Made by a program: the position numbers and the translations under genes. A stretch of DNA of 64,000 bases, taken from NCBI GenBank assembly GCA_965235115.1, contig OZ249437.1:51956001-52020000 (forward strand). The letters are read 5' to 3'. Under the pieces are notes generated by a model. It did no database searches and was not told the DNA's origin. It saw nothing but the letters and a program-made list of their open reading frames with translations. Position 1 is the stretch's first letter, and each line of letters opens with the position of its first letter. This DNA is from Laetmonice hystrix (lineage: Eukaryota). This document shows, piece after piece, positions 37,870-50,900 of this stretch.

Positions 37870-39787
37870 CTGTAACACACAAGGACAAATCACTTTAATA
37901 ATGCATTACAATGTCAATTACACAACATCTACCTGTTTTCCCTTACACTGAATGATATACTAGAAATTCGACCCATTAGAGGCACCTTGGAACAAACGAG
38001 TATACAAATTAACTAGTCAGTCATACTATATCTCGCCTCTGACGATCTGACAAATTAAACATGTTAATATTACAAAAGATAATCCCTAAAAACAGCACTG
38101 ATTATCGTTATCGAAAGGCAGGCTGCTACTAGTACTAAACTGTTTGGAGCAGCAATAGTACCAACAGCAACGGGGTATAGTGAATGGTAGTGCGCAGCCA
38201 GCAGTCAAAATACCGAAATCTGAATGTATCGAATAGACCGGCTAAAGAGGCAAATCCGGTTCGATAAGGTAGGGGCATCCAAGCAAGTATTCGGCGAGCG
38301 ATGGTAGTGCAAACGCCCACTGTGAACTAGAGATTCCAAGATTTGAGTCGCAGCTTCAACCCCCTCTGATTGCACCTGAATAGCCCCATAAAGTGGCCAT
38401 CTTATGTGAAGTCATTCTGCCCAATACACTGGCAGAGTGTGATTCGAGACTGCCCTCTACTAACAGTCAAGTGTACAGCAGCTTTGCCCCCGCCCTCTTT
38501 AATCTTGGCTGAGGCAGTTAGCTGAAGCAACCGCAGAGTGATTTGCCTGCACCAATCTAAGTAATATCTTGCCCATCAAGCGCCATCTCAGCCTGCTCCT
38601 CGCCCACTTTTTGAGACCAACTGCCCACTTGCTCGTGACGACCAGGTCTTCATGGCCTTCTTTGTTATAACCTTATTGGGACATTTTTACCTTATATGGC
38701 AGAGCCAATGACGTGGCTATTACCATACATAGTGATTTATGGCCGACATTATCTTGGTGAACTTGACGAAATATTAGCCATTGATGAAATCGGAATGTAT
38801 TCTCTCTGATCGGAGGAGCACATTCCGAGCCGTAAATGGCTCCTCATGTCGCATGAGCAATGTTATTTTCTGTCATCAAAGCAGTAATACCTACACACCA
38901 TATCTTAGAGCTGCACACAGTGTTTCTAATCAGCCTTGCTACTCAGAAATTTTATGCAGTTCGAGTTGTGCATGAGCAAGACCGCAAAAAACGAACTCTT
39001 CAAACTGTGGCAAACTTGGGGGGAGGTGCTTCCACCGTGACAACAATAATCACAAACGATGTCAGTTCTTACGCCGGGCCGATGCGCTGCATTTGAACAT
39101 CAAACTCTGTTCAAAGCCAGCGATTGTCCTAAGCTTGTGACAGTAATTTAATCAGTCTTGGTCGCTGTCAGTATTGATTCGATGAAATGGGAGGTGTGGG
39201 TGGGTTCCCTATGTCTGGTTGGAGCCTCCAAAATGCCACCTCTCTGCACAGCTAGCCCAGGCCCCCCACCAGAACCTGCCCCTCCCCCACAACCTCAGAG
39301 TCTCTCATACTGGAGCGAGTCCCGGACCAGCAACTAAGGGAACATCCAGCCCAATCTCATCAGATTATCATCCCGATTCTGTCATCTTTGTTCAGTTCAT
39401 AAGCACGAGATGCTGATTACGGGGCTCTCTTGTGTGGATCAATCAAATAAACATCAAGAAGTGGTCTGTTTTTGCTCTTTTTTTAACAAAAAGGATAAAG
39501 TACGGAATTAACCATTGTCTGAGCCTCTAGATGGTGTACCCTAATGTCTTTCACAACTTAATGAACAAACGGTGGTGCTATGTCGAAGACCTAGCACAAT
39601 ATTTCCCTGAACAATTTACACTAATGAAAAGCTTTACGTGGATTCCCGAAAGATCAGACAATCACAACTAAAAACTTGTGACTCGTCCCCTTTTCCCTGT
39701 AAACTTGAGGCCGTTTCCAAGCAGAAATGCAAGGTAAGCCTGCGCGTGCAGGGTGCCCCTTCAGAACTAGAACATATAGGATGACAG

Positions 39788-39816
39788 ATGAGGAGAACCC
39801 GGAGCCGGTGGAGAAG
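39788..39816 (-). mobile_element. Short SINE body remnant
   Basis: gaggagaacccggagccggtggagaa; the reverse complement resembles ttctctccgggtactccggtttcctc. Short match only. Confidence 0.3.
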
Positions 39817-42800
39817 TGGCAGTGGTCTCCTTTTATCATACCCATCTCTCCCCTCATTGTGAAAGGCCCTTTCATTGACCTCTGCCCGGTTTGCCTTTAA
39901 TCCTCCAGGCGGCCAGAGAGCCTGCTGGAGGACAATTGTTCACTCCATCCGGTCTATGTCCCAATCTACGAGATCTCGAAATCCCTCTCGCCGTCTCGGC
40001 GACTATCAATCCGACAGACGTCCAACGATACTCCTCCAACTCCTCCCACACCCAGGACCGGTTCCTAGCTCTCCTGCCATGACTCAATTAGGCAACCCTC
40101 GTGCTGTTGGCGCTATCAAACCCATATGAATGGCTTTCCTGCCAGTTAGCAATCCACGCGATGGAGCTGATCTATTCCCCTTGCTGATTTGCAACAGATT
40201 TCTACATGATTTGTCGCAAATCTCACATCGATGAGGGACAAAATAGGCATCGAGTTGAGGCTCGGATGGCTACTCGATTGAGCCCACTCTACCATGGTGT
40301 TTGGCCACCGATCCTTTGTGGGTGCCGGGGCCACATCATGTTCAGTCTGTCTCTGGTTCTGTTATCACTCAGACCTCCCCCAGGCCCGCCTGTCCTCCTC
40401 CCCGTCCCCAAACATTCCAGCTGCCGGGAAATTGAAATGACAGAACCTTGATTGCACAGTGTGACTCTCCATTGCATTGGCCCTTGCTGTTCCTGCTCTT
40501 CATGACCGGAGCTATCTCGCTGTGTGTCCCTCTTGCCGCCCCTACTCCATGCCACTGTGTCCACCCACTCTACTGCTCACTTGCGTGATAATACTGCCTA
40601 GATTCAGCATTTAAAACTTCAAAAGTGAAGCACAAGCCATTCAGCTACCTCAACAGATCTCGTTTAAAGATGTAATTGCTTCCAGAGCCAAAAGCTTTAC
40701 CAAACAGTCCAATTTTAGATTGCCGTGATGAAGAGTTTCCAGCCAATGACCAGCTATTTGTAAAATTAGCAGGGTAAAGTAATCACCAATCAGCCAGGTC
40801 CACAGGATAGTTCGCTGGCTGCCTTCCCCCAACAACGCCTGTCTAGACACACAGACCACTTCCCTAATTCACCAACTAGCCTTGTGTATCACTAGGGATA
40901 TTTTCCGTAGCACCTAATCAGCTGTATCTACCGGTACATGGACAGATCACGCTCCGCGAATTCTTTTCGGCACTGCAGACTTACAATTTCGCGAAACCGA
41001 GAAATGCCATTTTCTTTTGTTCAGTCCATTACTTGGATTCAAAACGTTAATGACTTATTTTTTAGTGAGACCTTTATAGAAGACTCCCAACAAAGCATGC
41101 CGCCTCATCCCTACTTATTCAATGCTACATTAGAGTCGAATACGGAAAACTTTGTTCGGAACATCCGGAAGAGACATTTTCGAGTTTCACTTCGAGTCTA
41201 AAAGTGCCCATTAAAGCCCGAAGCTTCCGATATTTCTGCCCCTCGATCTTGACAATCTGCCTGTTGATTGTGTCTTTGTCTCCTATAGATTCTGAATAAA
41301 CATGGCAGAAATTTTCCTCGTTCTGCATTACTAGATGTCAAAAGTAATACTCCCCCAAAAAACAACTGAAGTCTGCATCCCTTTCCCCCTCTTTAATAAG
41401 GGGCTTTGATTTGAAAATCAAGTGCAACTGCTCCTTTCCTAACCGACTGTCTAGCCGTTTTCAGAGTGTTCAATGCCTTTTGGGTCATTTCAGCTTCACC
41501 AGTTGTTTTTATGAATACGGCTTTAGACTCGTCAATACTAACCCGCCCACAGAACAGGCGATATATTGATCAGATGCTGAACAACCTTACAGGACCAAAC
41601 TCATCACTTTTCCTTTCTTCCACTTTCTTGAAATTGATATCCTTGTTTGAGTCGACTGGGTCCATGTGATACCTCCGTCCATTGCTTTTTATTTGAATCT
41701 AAAAGGACGGGAAATTTAAAAATACTTTTTTTCTTAGTATGCCTCAAGCAAAGCTTTGGAGATAGCACGCGATGACCTAGGACAAGGCTACAGTTGCTTC
41801 TGAATTGCTGACCCCCAGAATGAAAGAAAAACTGCTGCAAATCTAATAAATTCTAATTATCAACTTAATTTAGATGTTACTGAATAAAAGAAATAACCAG
41901 GAGATCTAGACAAACTAACTGTAATGGCAATCGTAGACAGTGTACGTGCTTCCTTAGTCTATCCTTACGGAAATGTCAAAACTTGTAAATACAACATACC
42001 GGGAAAGGCACTTGTCAATCATAACGCTCCCAATTCATTATAACCCTTAAATCTATAATTACCACAAGGCGCTGTGGCAAGAAACACAGACATCTGATAA
42101 AACAAAGGATATGGACTGACTCAATATACCAAGCTGGAACTCCAGAGACATGCAAACCTCAGTTAATTCTTCATGCATACTGGAAATTGGTGTTTTTAAG
42201 ACCAGCTTTGGCTTCCACTTAATCAGCTTATGGAAATAAGCTACGCTGATGGAATAAATTTGTTAACATTTTCACAACATTTTTGTTAAACAATATATGA
42301 TGGATATATACCCAAAATTATGGTTTCAAACTTTCAAGGGAGCATTTTCACCCTGTAATATCGAGTAAGATTCTCCGTGAAGATCCTCGGAAAATTAAGA
42401 GCCCAGTTGGCATTTTGACTCTCTCACTCTAAACCACTTACAGCCTAAAACCAACTGCCAAGAAGAACGGTAATGGTTTTGCTCAGCTGAATGTTCAGAT
42501 TCATTCAAGGCTGTAGAACGAGGTGCAGGAGGCAATAAAACAGCCTATGAATAGAGCAATTTGCAGAATATGAGCCGTTTGCAGCCTCTGCTCATTGTTG
42601 GGACCTCTTCTCTGTGCTCGTAACAATGTGAATCTGGCTCTCTTCAGCCTGCCAGTCATGCTAGCTTTTATTCTGCTGGCGGTTCTTTGGCTTGCAAGCT
42701 TCTTTTAACACGAGTCCCCGTCCCCGTAAAGCACCCAATGCAGACAGAAGTTCTACTGGTTATAACAATGTGTAGGAGGGCAGACAGCAGACCGGTAATC

Positions 42801-44905
42801 CTTGCTGAGTTGTTAGGTTCCCGTTTACACTCTTTCCAGTACCGCCACTCCCATTAATTTCTTTGTTTATACTACCACTGCCGAGTACTAATTGAGTGCC
42901 GCCGTACCAAAAATGTTAACAAACCTGCAGCAGGCTGTCCTGATGTGCCGCTGGAAAAGTTCCTCAAAAACGCTTTGTTAATGTGATCAGACAACTGTGT
43001 TACTGTGCGAATGAAGACCTAGCGACAAGTTCATACTCTCATGCCTTTCTCTCCTTTCTTCCCCACTCCCGTTCCATTTCCATGCACCTCACCCAATAAT
43101 TTGCACATCTGAAAGATCGATCACACGGCCTGTTTTGTTATCCCTACCGCTGTCTTCCCTTGCTTAATTGCTAGGCTTTGAAAAGTGCTGTGCCACAACC
43201 GCCCCAAAAATTAATCTGATTTAAACAAATACTCAATTCAGATTTGGACGTGCCATGTTGGGTTGTCGATAAGGGCGTGTGCCACTGTTGGCAAGCTTTT
43301 AGTCCACAGAAGTAGGAGAGCAATCCTATTACAAGTCATCATTCCCAGATATCCACGAACGACACACCTCAACCTCCCAATTGCCATTAAGAATCCAGTT
43401 TGCACTATGTTCAACACGGTACGGTGAAGGCCCTATCATCTTCTCCTTATCTTACATTCATTGCCAAGGACATCTGTCCTCATGCCACTGGAGACTAAAA
43501 CTAAAAGAAACTCGGTTCTCCCGCTTCTCTGCTCCTATAACAGACGGCAGATGGTCTCGCGCATTCTCTGCTCCTGTTGGATTGTTTGGTTTAGACGTTA
43601 CCTCCTACATTGACTGAAGACACATCTTTTGGTTCTCACTGTGTATTCCTTCGGCTCTAGCCGTCTGATTACAATCAGAGGTCCTCACCAACACAAGCCA
43701 AGGCCTCGTCCATGTTTAAACCCTAGCAACCCCATCCGCCAGGTGCTGGGAGAAAAACACATCCCAGACATTAACTGGATTTGTTAGGAGGATGTGTTAG
43801 ACCTCACAGACCCTTCCACTTTGCTTTCTCGAGTTTATGCATAGACCGCACGGCTGCGCTCCAACGAAGAACTGTACTAACGAATGCCTTGATCATATTA
43901 AGCCTTTCACAGCTTTGTACGTTCCACAGCTGCAGTAGACATAATAAAAACGATAAAAATTGCCTCAAAGAAAACTGTACACAGTCTAAAATCTATACAT
44001 CTGTATCTCAAGATTATCTCATCTCCTGAACACCAAAAACAGGGATTTAATAGATTGGACAGCTCTCGTGCTTGATGGGATTTAAACAGCGTGATTACCC
44101 ATTTCATGACTCGCAATAGAGGTACGGAAGCTGCAGATTTAGCCCTGGATTTGGCCATGTTCACTTTGATTTTCCTACGTCAGGCTGCATTAAGAATAAT
44201 CCGTGTTCTGGTTGATCTGTTTAAATGGAGGCCTGCCTGCCACGAGCCTCCTAGGCGTCAGCTTCGATCAGCTCACTACAAATGATAACCCCTTTTAACG
44301 ACTTGACTCCAATGAAAAAATGGTAAGGATGGTGCGAAACGGGAAATCACAGAAGCGTGCATTAAAACTGTCGCCTGTGCAATCCCTCTATTGGCAAGAG
44401 TTTCTTAAAATGCCATAATTCGTCGCGTACTGGTGGCTTCTCTTCACTTCTTGATGGCGAGCTCAGTCATTATGTCATAGCTTTTCTTCATTCTTTTATA
44501 CATTCAAGCGTCCTGTCGAGGCGGCGAAAAACACAGAAAGCCGTGTAACATTGATCCCTGGGGAAACTTTTGTCTATCAATACGGTTCTTCCCTCGTTCT
44601 TCATCTCCTGTTACTTCACAATTGATAGGGACAGTTTCCACCTGCCATCGCTTTCCTATAACTCTTCACCTGGATGTACAGCTTTCAGTCCCATCACAGT
44701 CCGCTTATTCACCCGCAGGGGAATATAAGGATATAAACAACCTATACCTATTGCTTCCTTGTGAATATTTCAATTAATTCTAGGTATTTTTATGCATATT
44801 CACGCATAATAAGACCTAACAAGGCTTATTTGGACAAAGTCGGCAAATACATAGCATATTGTAGATATTGACTGCAATCATTAAAATATCAAGCATTTTC
44901 TGTCC

Positions 44906-45164
44906 AACACCTTTTCTGTTCCCAAATCGGGTGTTTCCTATCTAACACCTTTTCTGTTCCCAAATCGGGTGTTTCCTATCTAACACCTTTTCTGTTCCCA
45001 AATCGGGTGTTTCCTATCTAACACCTTTTCTGTTCCCAAATCGGGTGTTTCCTATCTAACACCTTTTCTGTTCCCAAATCTGGTGTTTCCTATCTAACAC
45101 CTTTTCTGTTCCCAAATCGGGTGTTTCCTATCTAACACCTTTTCTGTTCCCAAATCGGGTGTTT
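44906..45164 (+). repeat. 38-bp near-perfect minisatellite, about 6.8 copies
   Basis: Unit aacaccttttctgttcccaaatcgggtgtttcctatct starts at 44906, 44944, 44982, 45020, 45058, 45096 and 45134; one substitution in copy 5; no spacers. Confidence 0.97.
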
Positions 45165-47856
45165 TCAACTGGTTTTACGGCAGTGATACCGCCCCCTCCG
45201 TCCACTAATGTCGAGGATTTTGTCCATGCCACCAGGCGGCCTTTCATTCGTGTTGTCTCCATCTCTATTTGATCTGGCCTGATTTTCTTTGACCTGTGCC
45301 ACCAATCAATTCCACTCTGACGTCGGCTGGCCCCTGCCAGGGATACAGACTGCCGCGGGATATTGTAAAATCATGTCTGGTGATTTGGAGAAATCTATGA
45401 AAAGCTGATCGCGTTGACAGCCGAGGACCTTGCCTGCCTGATCAATAATACAGCCACAGTGACCCCACTGGGCATAACCTATCGGGCCCCAGAATTCAAG
45501 AACCGTTCTTTCCCTGGGTTTAACGGTCCTCAGTACCGATATGAAGCAGACTTTACGCCTGCTACTCCCCCAGTGTCACATTTGGTTTCTTCTGGGTGAC
45601 AACACAGGGTAGTATGGAAGCATCTGATGGTGTATGTTACCAGCTGCCAGTCTGGATTTGTACCTGGCCACCCCTAACCAACTAATCAATCAATACGTGC
45701 ACTAGATGTTGGCGGAGAGAAAAGCAGGCAGGCCTTGGAGCGGGCGCGGCCAAGGCTTCTATGTCTAATAAGCAGGTGTCCCCTTCCTCCAGGTGGTCAC
45801 GAACAACACCTGACTGGCCTGGAATCGGTTTGCTACACGACACGGAAACTGAGCTGGAGAAATGGCCGGCCAACCACGGTGGATATCAAGGAATTGGATT
45901 ACACTTCTTTAACACGGCAGCAGCATCCTCTCTATCCAAAAATAGTATATTTCCATTTACCTGGGGGTACGTGGATTCGCCGATATTAATTAGATGGCGC
46001 CACGAAATCACGCGCAATGATCGCACTACAACTCAAACTAAGGCGGTCCGTAATATTTGTAACGAACTAATAACTTCATGTCGACTTTCTAACAAACCAC
46101 GGTGTCTGCCATGTGGCTCGGCTCATGGATACCTGCCAGTGCCATGCCAGACCCTCCAAATCCTGCTCCAAATGTCAACATGACAGCGTTAAATATTACT
46201 GTCGAATCTAGACACAGTTTAGTCTTTCCCTTCCTCTAGTATGGGGGATATTAAGGTCAATAATCAATAATTCCCCTAAATTCTTAAACAGAAATAATGT
46301 GGGTCTAATGGCTAGTAAAGGCTTGCTCTTCACAAAGGTCATACCAACACCATCAGCAATGGTGCGTCTGCAGGAGCACCACCACACTCATGAAGATTGA
46401 CTGGACCTCGAGCCACAAGATCCTGAAGCCCAAAGCTTGGAATCTCTCCTGAATTAAGTTAGTAGATACCTCTTAGGTCAACAGCCAGATTAAATCACGC
46501 AGGATGGATGGCTAATACGGTCTCTATGCTGATTCAGGGTAGCCCACAGTAAAATTCCTTCCAGTGCTGGCGGAGTACCGAAAACCATCAGATTATAAAT
46601 ACTATTTTATTTCAATCTGGTCAATTTGAGATGCAGAGGTCTACTGGAAACAGGACCGCCCCCCCCCCACCCCCACCAATTGTGGAAACGTCTGGTTGCC
46701 CCCCGCCCAGCATAATACAAGACAGTGCCCCTGCAAATCCTGGACAAAGAGACAAAAATAGACTTTTCTTTAGTGCAGAAAAACACTGGTTAATGATTAT
46801 GACGAGCCAGAGCTGATGGCTTCTGGCGCCGGCAGGTGGAGCTAATGCTGAAAGCCCTCAGCTGCCAGCTTAGTTTGTTTTGTTGGGGTTTTTTTTGCCA
46901 TAAGACTCTTTTGTTACGTGCGATACGGAATTGTGCAGGTGTTTGCTTACTCTCTCTTCATGCCCAGTTATTGACGCTGCTGGTGATATTTCTATCTATT
47001 AACGGGGCGTCCTCATGTTGAGGCTGAGCGCACTACCAAGGCCCATTCTTCTAGTACTATCCTTGCTGATACTCATAGTGCTGCTAACGTCACTGTTGGT
47101 GATGCTGGTGGCACTATGTCTGACGTCAACTGTGCCTATCTGGCCTGTTTGTTGATATTACTAATATCTAGCAGGTGAGAGATGACACACGAGTCCTGTA
47201 TCTTATCTCGATTGTCTACACCTTAATGTGAGGCAAAATAGAACATCCACCTCAGTAACCCTTGAATGGCGCGAATCCAACTTTTTTTTCTTAAGGAGCA
47301 CACAAAGTATTCTACACATATTGTTTTCGCAACATATCAATGCAACCAACTTCACAAAGCTTTCCATCGCTTGCGACAACTCCTATATTGATAGGATAAT
47401 AAACTGGCAAACAGACAGCCCCCTCTATGGCACCATAAACATAGGCAGAGGCCGTATAACATATTTTAGCCTCAGCAAATCAACATGATTGATATCTCTA
47501 CACCTTGCCATTAGCAAAATGAGAGAAAAAACCACGGAACTCCTAAAACAAGAAATAATCTCGTAGTGTGCCGAGAAAAAATGAACACTTCTAAATTTGA
47601 ATATACAGGATAGAGCGTTCATATACGTGTACACGAATTGTGGGGTTACACTATTACGATGTTACTGTAATATCAAGTAAAGGCACAACGTCATATTTCA
47701 TGCCCACTGATGAGCGTACTTGGTATTTCTTTTCTTGCCAGCTATTGAAATTGAATGGAATAAGACTGGTCTACAATATACAGTTGCCAAGTGAAGCCCA
47801 ATGTACCACACATGCCAGATCTACATGGGCATTTCTAATAATTAAAGCCAGAAATC

Positions 47857-47970
47857 CGTAGTGCGTATTGCGTAATCAAAACAATGAAAACACGCATTAC
47901 ACACGACGCACACATGGAATCACTCCAACTTATTTTCATTGATTTTGATGAATACGCAGTACACACTACG
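47857..47970. repeat. Short inverted repeat, possible MITE relic
   Basis: cgtagtgcgtattgcgta (47857-47874) vs tacgcagtacacactacg (47953-47970): 16 of 18 positions complementary. Confidence 0.5.
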
Positions 47971-50900
47971 CAGAGCGTACACTACGTAAACATGGATTCC
48001 ACCCTTACGAAGGTTGTCCCCAATAAAGCAATTTATTCCGATACAGACGTTATTTATTGCTCGTCTGGAAACTGCACGAAACTGATTCAGCTAGCGATCA
48101 AAGCGGCAGGTCAGACGTGTTTTATAGTGACGGCGAGCATTTGATGTCCTCGTATTTTGACGTGAACTCTGGTCCGTCAAGTTCGAGTTGCACCTTTTGT
48201 GCACGGCTACATCACAGTGTGCGCATTCACCGCCGATCACGCAATGAACCTAGTGAACCACTATCACAGAATTGCATCAAGTCAAAGCTTTCAGTGCGCC
48301 TCCATAGTTCTCAATAGTGTCGAATCCAGCATCTCAAACTACCACATTGAAGCTCCCTGTGGCCTCTAAAAATGGTGACTAAAACACCCATACCTTGAAC
48401 ACCTCGGAATGTGACCAACTGAACCATATCTCTATCTCTGCTTGACACTTTTGTCGATATTTGTGGTGTAACACTTACTTGATGGTGTGAATTGCCGAAG
48501 GGTGTGCCAAGTGCTAAAAGTGGGTGGTCTGAACCATGCTGGCCAATGCATTATTCTTTAATAGCAAATTTTCCTAGGTTAACAAGAAGCGTTTGTAATT
48601 TGTGTTATAATAGAAGGTTCAAAGGACCTTGCCTAGGTGTTTTTGCCATCAAAAAATCTTCGGACAGTGCCGTGAAATTTCGGAGAGCCGATATATATAC
48701 ATCTAGTATCTGATATAGTACAGTATACTTTAAGTCGTTAAAATAATTTAATATGGATGAGGGAAAAACTTTAGGGTCGATTTTCTCATTTTCACAATTT
48801 TGCAGATACCGCAGTCTCTGTTGGGCGGGCAGTATACCTGTCTGTGTGACTACAGTGGTTTCAGTTTGTCGGCCATGAGATCAGTGCCCTGCAGGGCTCG
48901 GCATCCCGCCCATAGTGTATACTGAGTCCTGTTTGATATCGCTGCCTTGCTGCACAGATAATGAATTATCTATTGGTCCATGTGAACGGACGGACGGAGG
49001 GACCTGGACGAAGGGGACGCCCTCGTCAGGTGAACGTACTGGTGCTAATAGCACAACCATGTCTGCTGACTCAGCTCGTGCACAGTACCAACTCATTTAC
49101 TGATTACATCTCCGTAACCAGGACTAGCAATCGGGCAGACATGCCCGCCTATAGCCACTAGTGTACGCTCTACAAACACGTTCAGTTATACAAAGGACCA
49201 GCCAGCAACGCCAGCAGCCGGAGACACGCGTATTGTGAACGCTGCTCTTCCTTCCTACAGTCATACATTCAGACGCTGCCTGATGAAATCCCTTCAATGT
49301 GGCTGCCACCAATATCAGCAGCCCTTTTATATTGCTTTCATACACTGTTTGGTTTGAACCTCCATCAAATGTTGTTTGCGCGGTGCCTGCTGAGGTTTGG
49401 TTCAAACTTGGAACAATCATGGACTATAATTCAGCCAAGGTTGGAGTGGGAGTAGTCACATGTAGTCCTGAGTCTCGATGGACCAGACTGGTTTTGTTTA
49501 CACTGAGGCTTACCGTAAATTTCGGTCCCATAATAACTGTCTAGACAATATGGCTTCCAGTCACGTGGGCCGCACGGGAGACTGTGCCCTGCTGATCCGG
49601 ATTACTCAGTAGATGCTTAACTTAGCGGATTTCGATCTAGTAGTTCACTACAGATCATGTGCCGAATGATTACACTACTCAGCTCCAGTGTCAATGGATA
49701 CTTAGGCTGAATTTTTAACTCTCTTTTCCGGATATCAGAAATCTATTTATGAGGAAAAAGCCAACAAACCAGGAATGATGTGATTATTACAAAGTAAAGT
49801 TCAAAATGTTATACCTTCATCACAATTTCTTGATCCTGGACATCATCTTCTCTCGAGTAGTCTCATGTGTATATCAATTTTATCTGATTCTGTCTCCCTC
49901 AGTGAATACCGGTACTTTCTCTGTGATACTGACACTGATAAAACCTGGATGAACATTTAGGACACAGATTTCGCACATGGCATGTTTTACGAGATCTGGC
50001 CTTGCATGGTCTCTGCCCACGTTATGGATGTTGTAATTACAGTGAAGACAGGCCAATTATGCATCGTGCATTTACGGGCTTGGAGGGCCACAAATACCCC
50101 GCCGACCATTACTGGCCTTCATGCTTACCCAGATTTTGCCACCATTCGATTTCTATCTACCCAATATGACAACCTGCCTTGTCATACAAGTACCATTTCT
50201 CTCACAGACAACGAACAAGAGACCAATCACTGATCCCTAGTTGTATGTTTTCCCCACTGTTTTCACATCAGCCCAGAATACGGTGACCCTATTGTGTTTC
50301 TCTGCATCAATTAATTATGATGATTGTCCTGACGGAAAGTGAAAATAATTTCAACTCAATGATGGCTGGGCATGTAATTGACGCTGTTATCTGGGCTTCC
50401 TAGTCAATTATCTCGCAGCGACTGCCATGGAAGTAAGAACTACCCAAAACACTCAGCCCAGAGGGACTCTGGCGACAGTACCTGAGGCTATTTATCGTTC
50501 CTTCGTAAATATGTTTTAAAAGTCTTGTTAAAATTCCATATTGCTTTAAATCAACAGCAGAAACCCATAACAAGAACTTATCAAACCCTTATCAAGAACT
50601 TATCAATATTAAACGAACTTTAAATATAGAATTAAAGTTGGTTGTCAGTCAACTACCATAAAGCGTTGTATTCTAAAGTCAACAGATGTATAAATTTCCA
50701 TTTCCTAATAATAATAACCCCCTCCCACCACATATGAGTTCGAATATTCTGTTTCAACTGCTGCTGTTCCTCCTACTGTTCCTCCTACTGCTCTGACAGA
50801 ATGCGTCGGTTCTGTGTAGTCTTACATGTGTATCCGAATTTTAGTTTCTAGTTCCACCACCTGGGTACCCGGTTTCTGGTTGTATAAGAAAAAAGATTCC

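Noticed and set aside
44906-45164. CRISPR-like array (38-bp, hairpin-forming repeat)
   Set aside because: Units are head-to-tail with no spacers, there are no cas genes and the context is eukaryotic.
48479-48513. 35-nt segment with ttttAG and GTAAGT on the minus strand
   Set aside because: Good splice motifs, but no homology or frame link to the gene; chance occurrence is likely.
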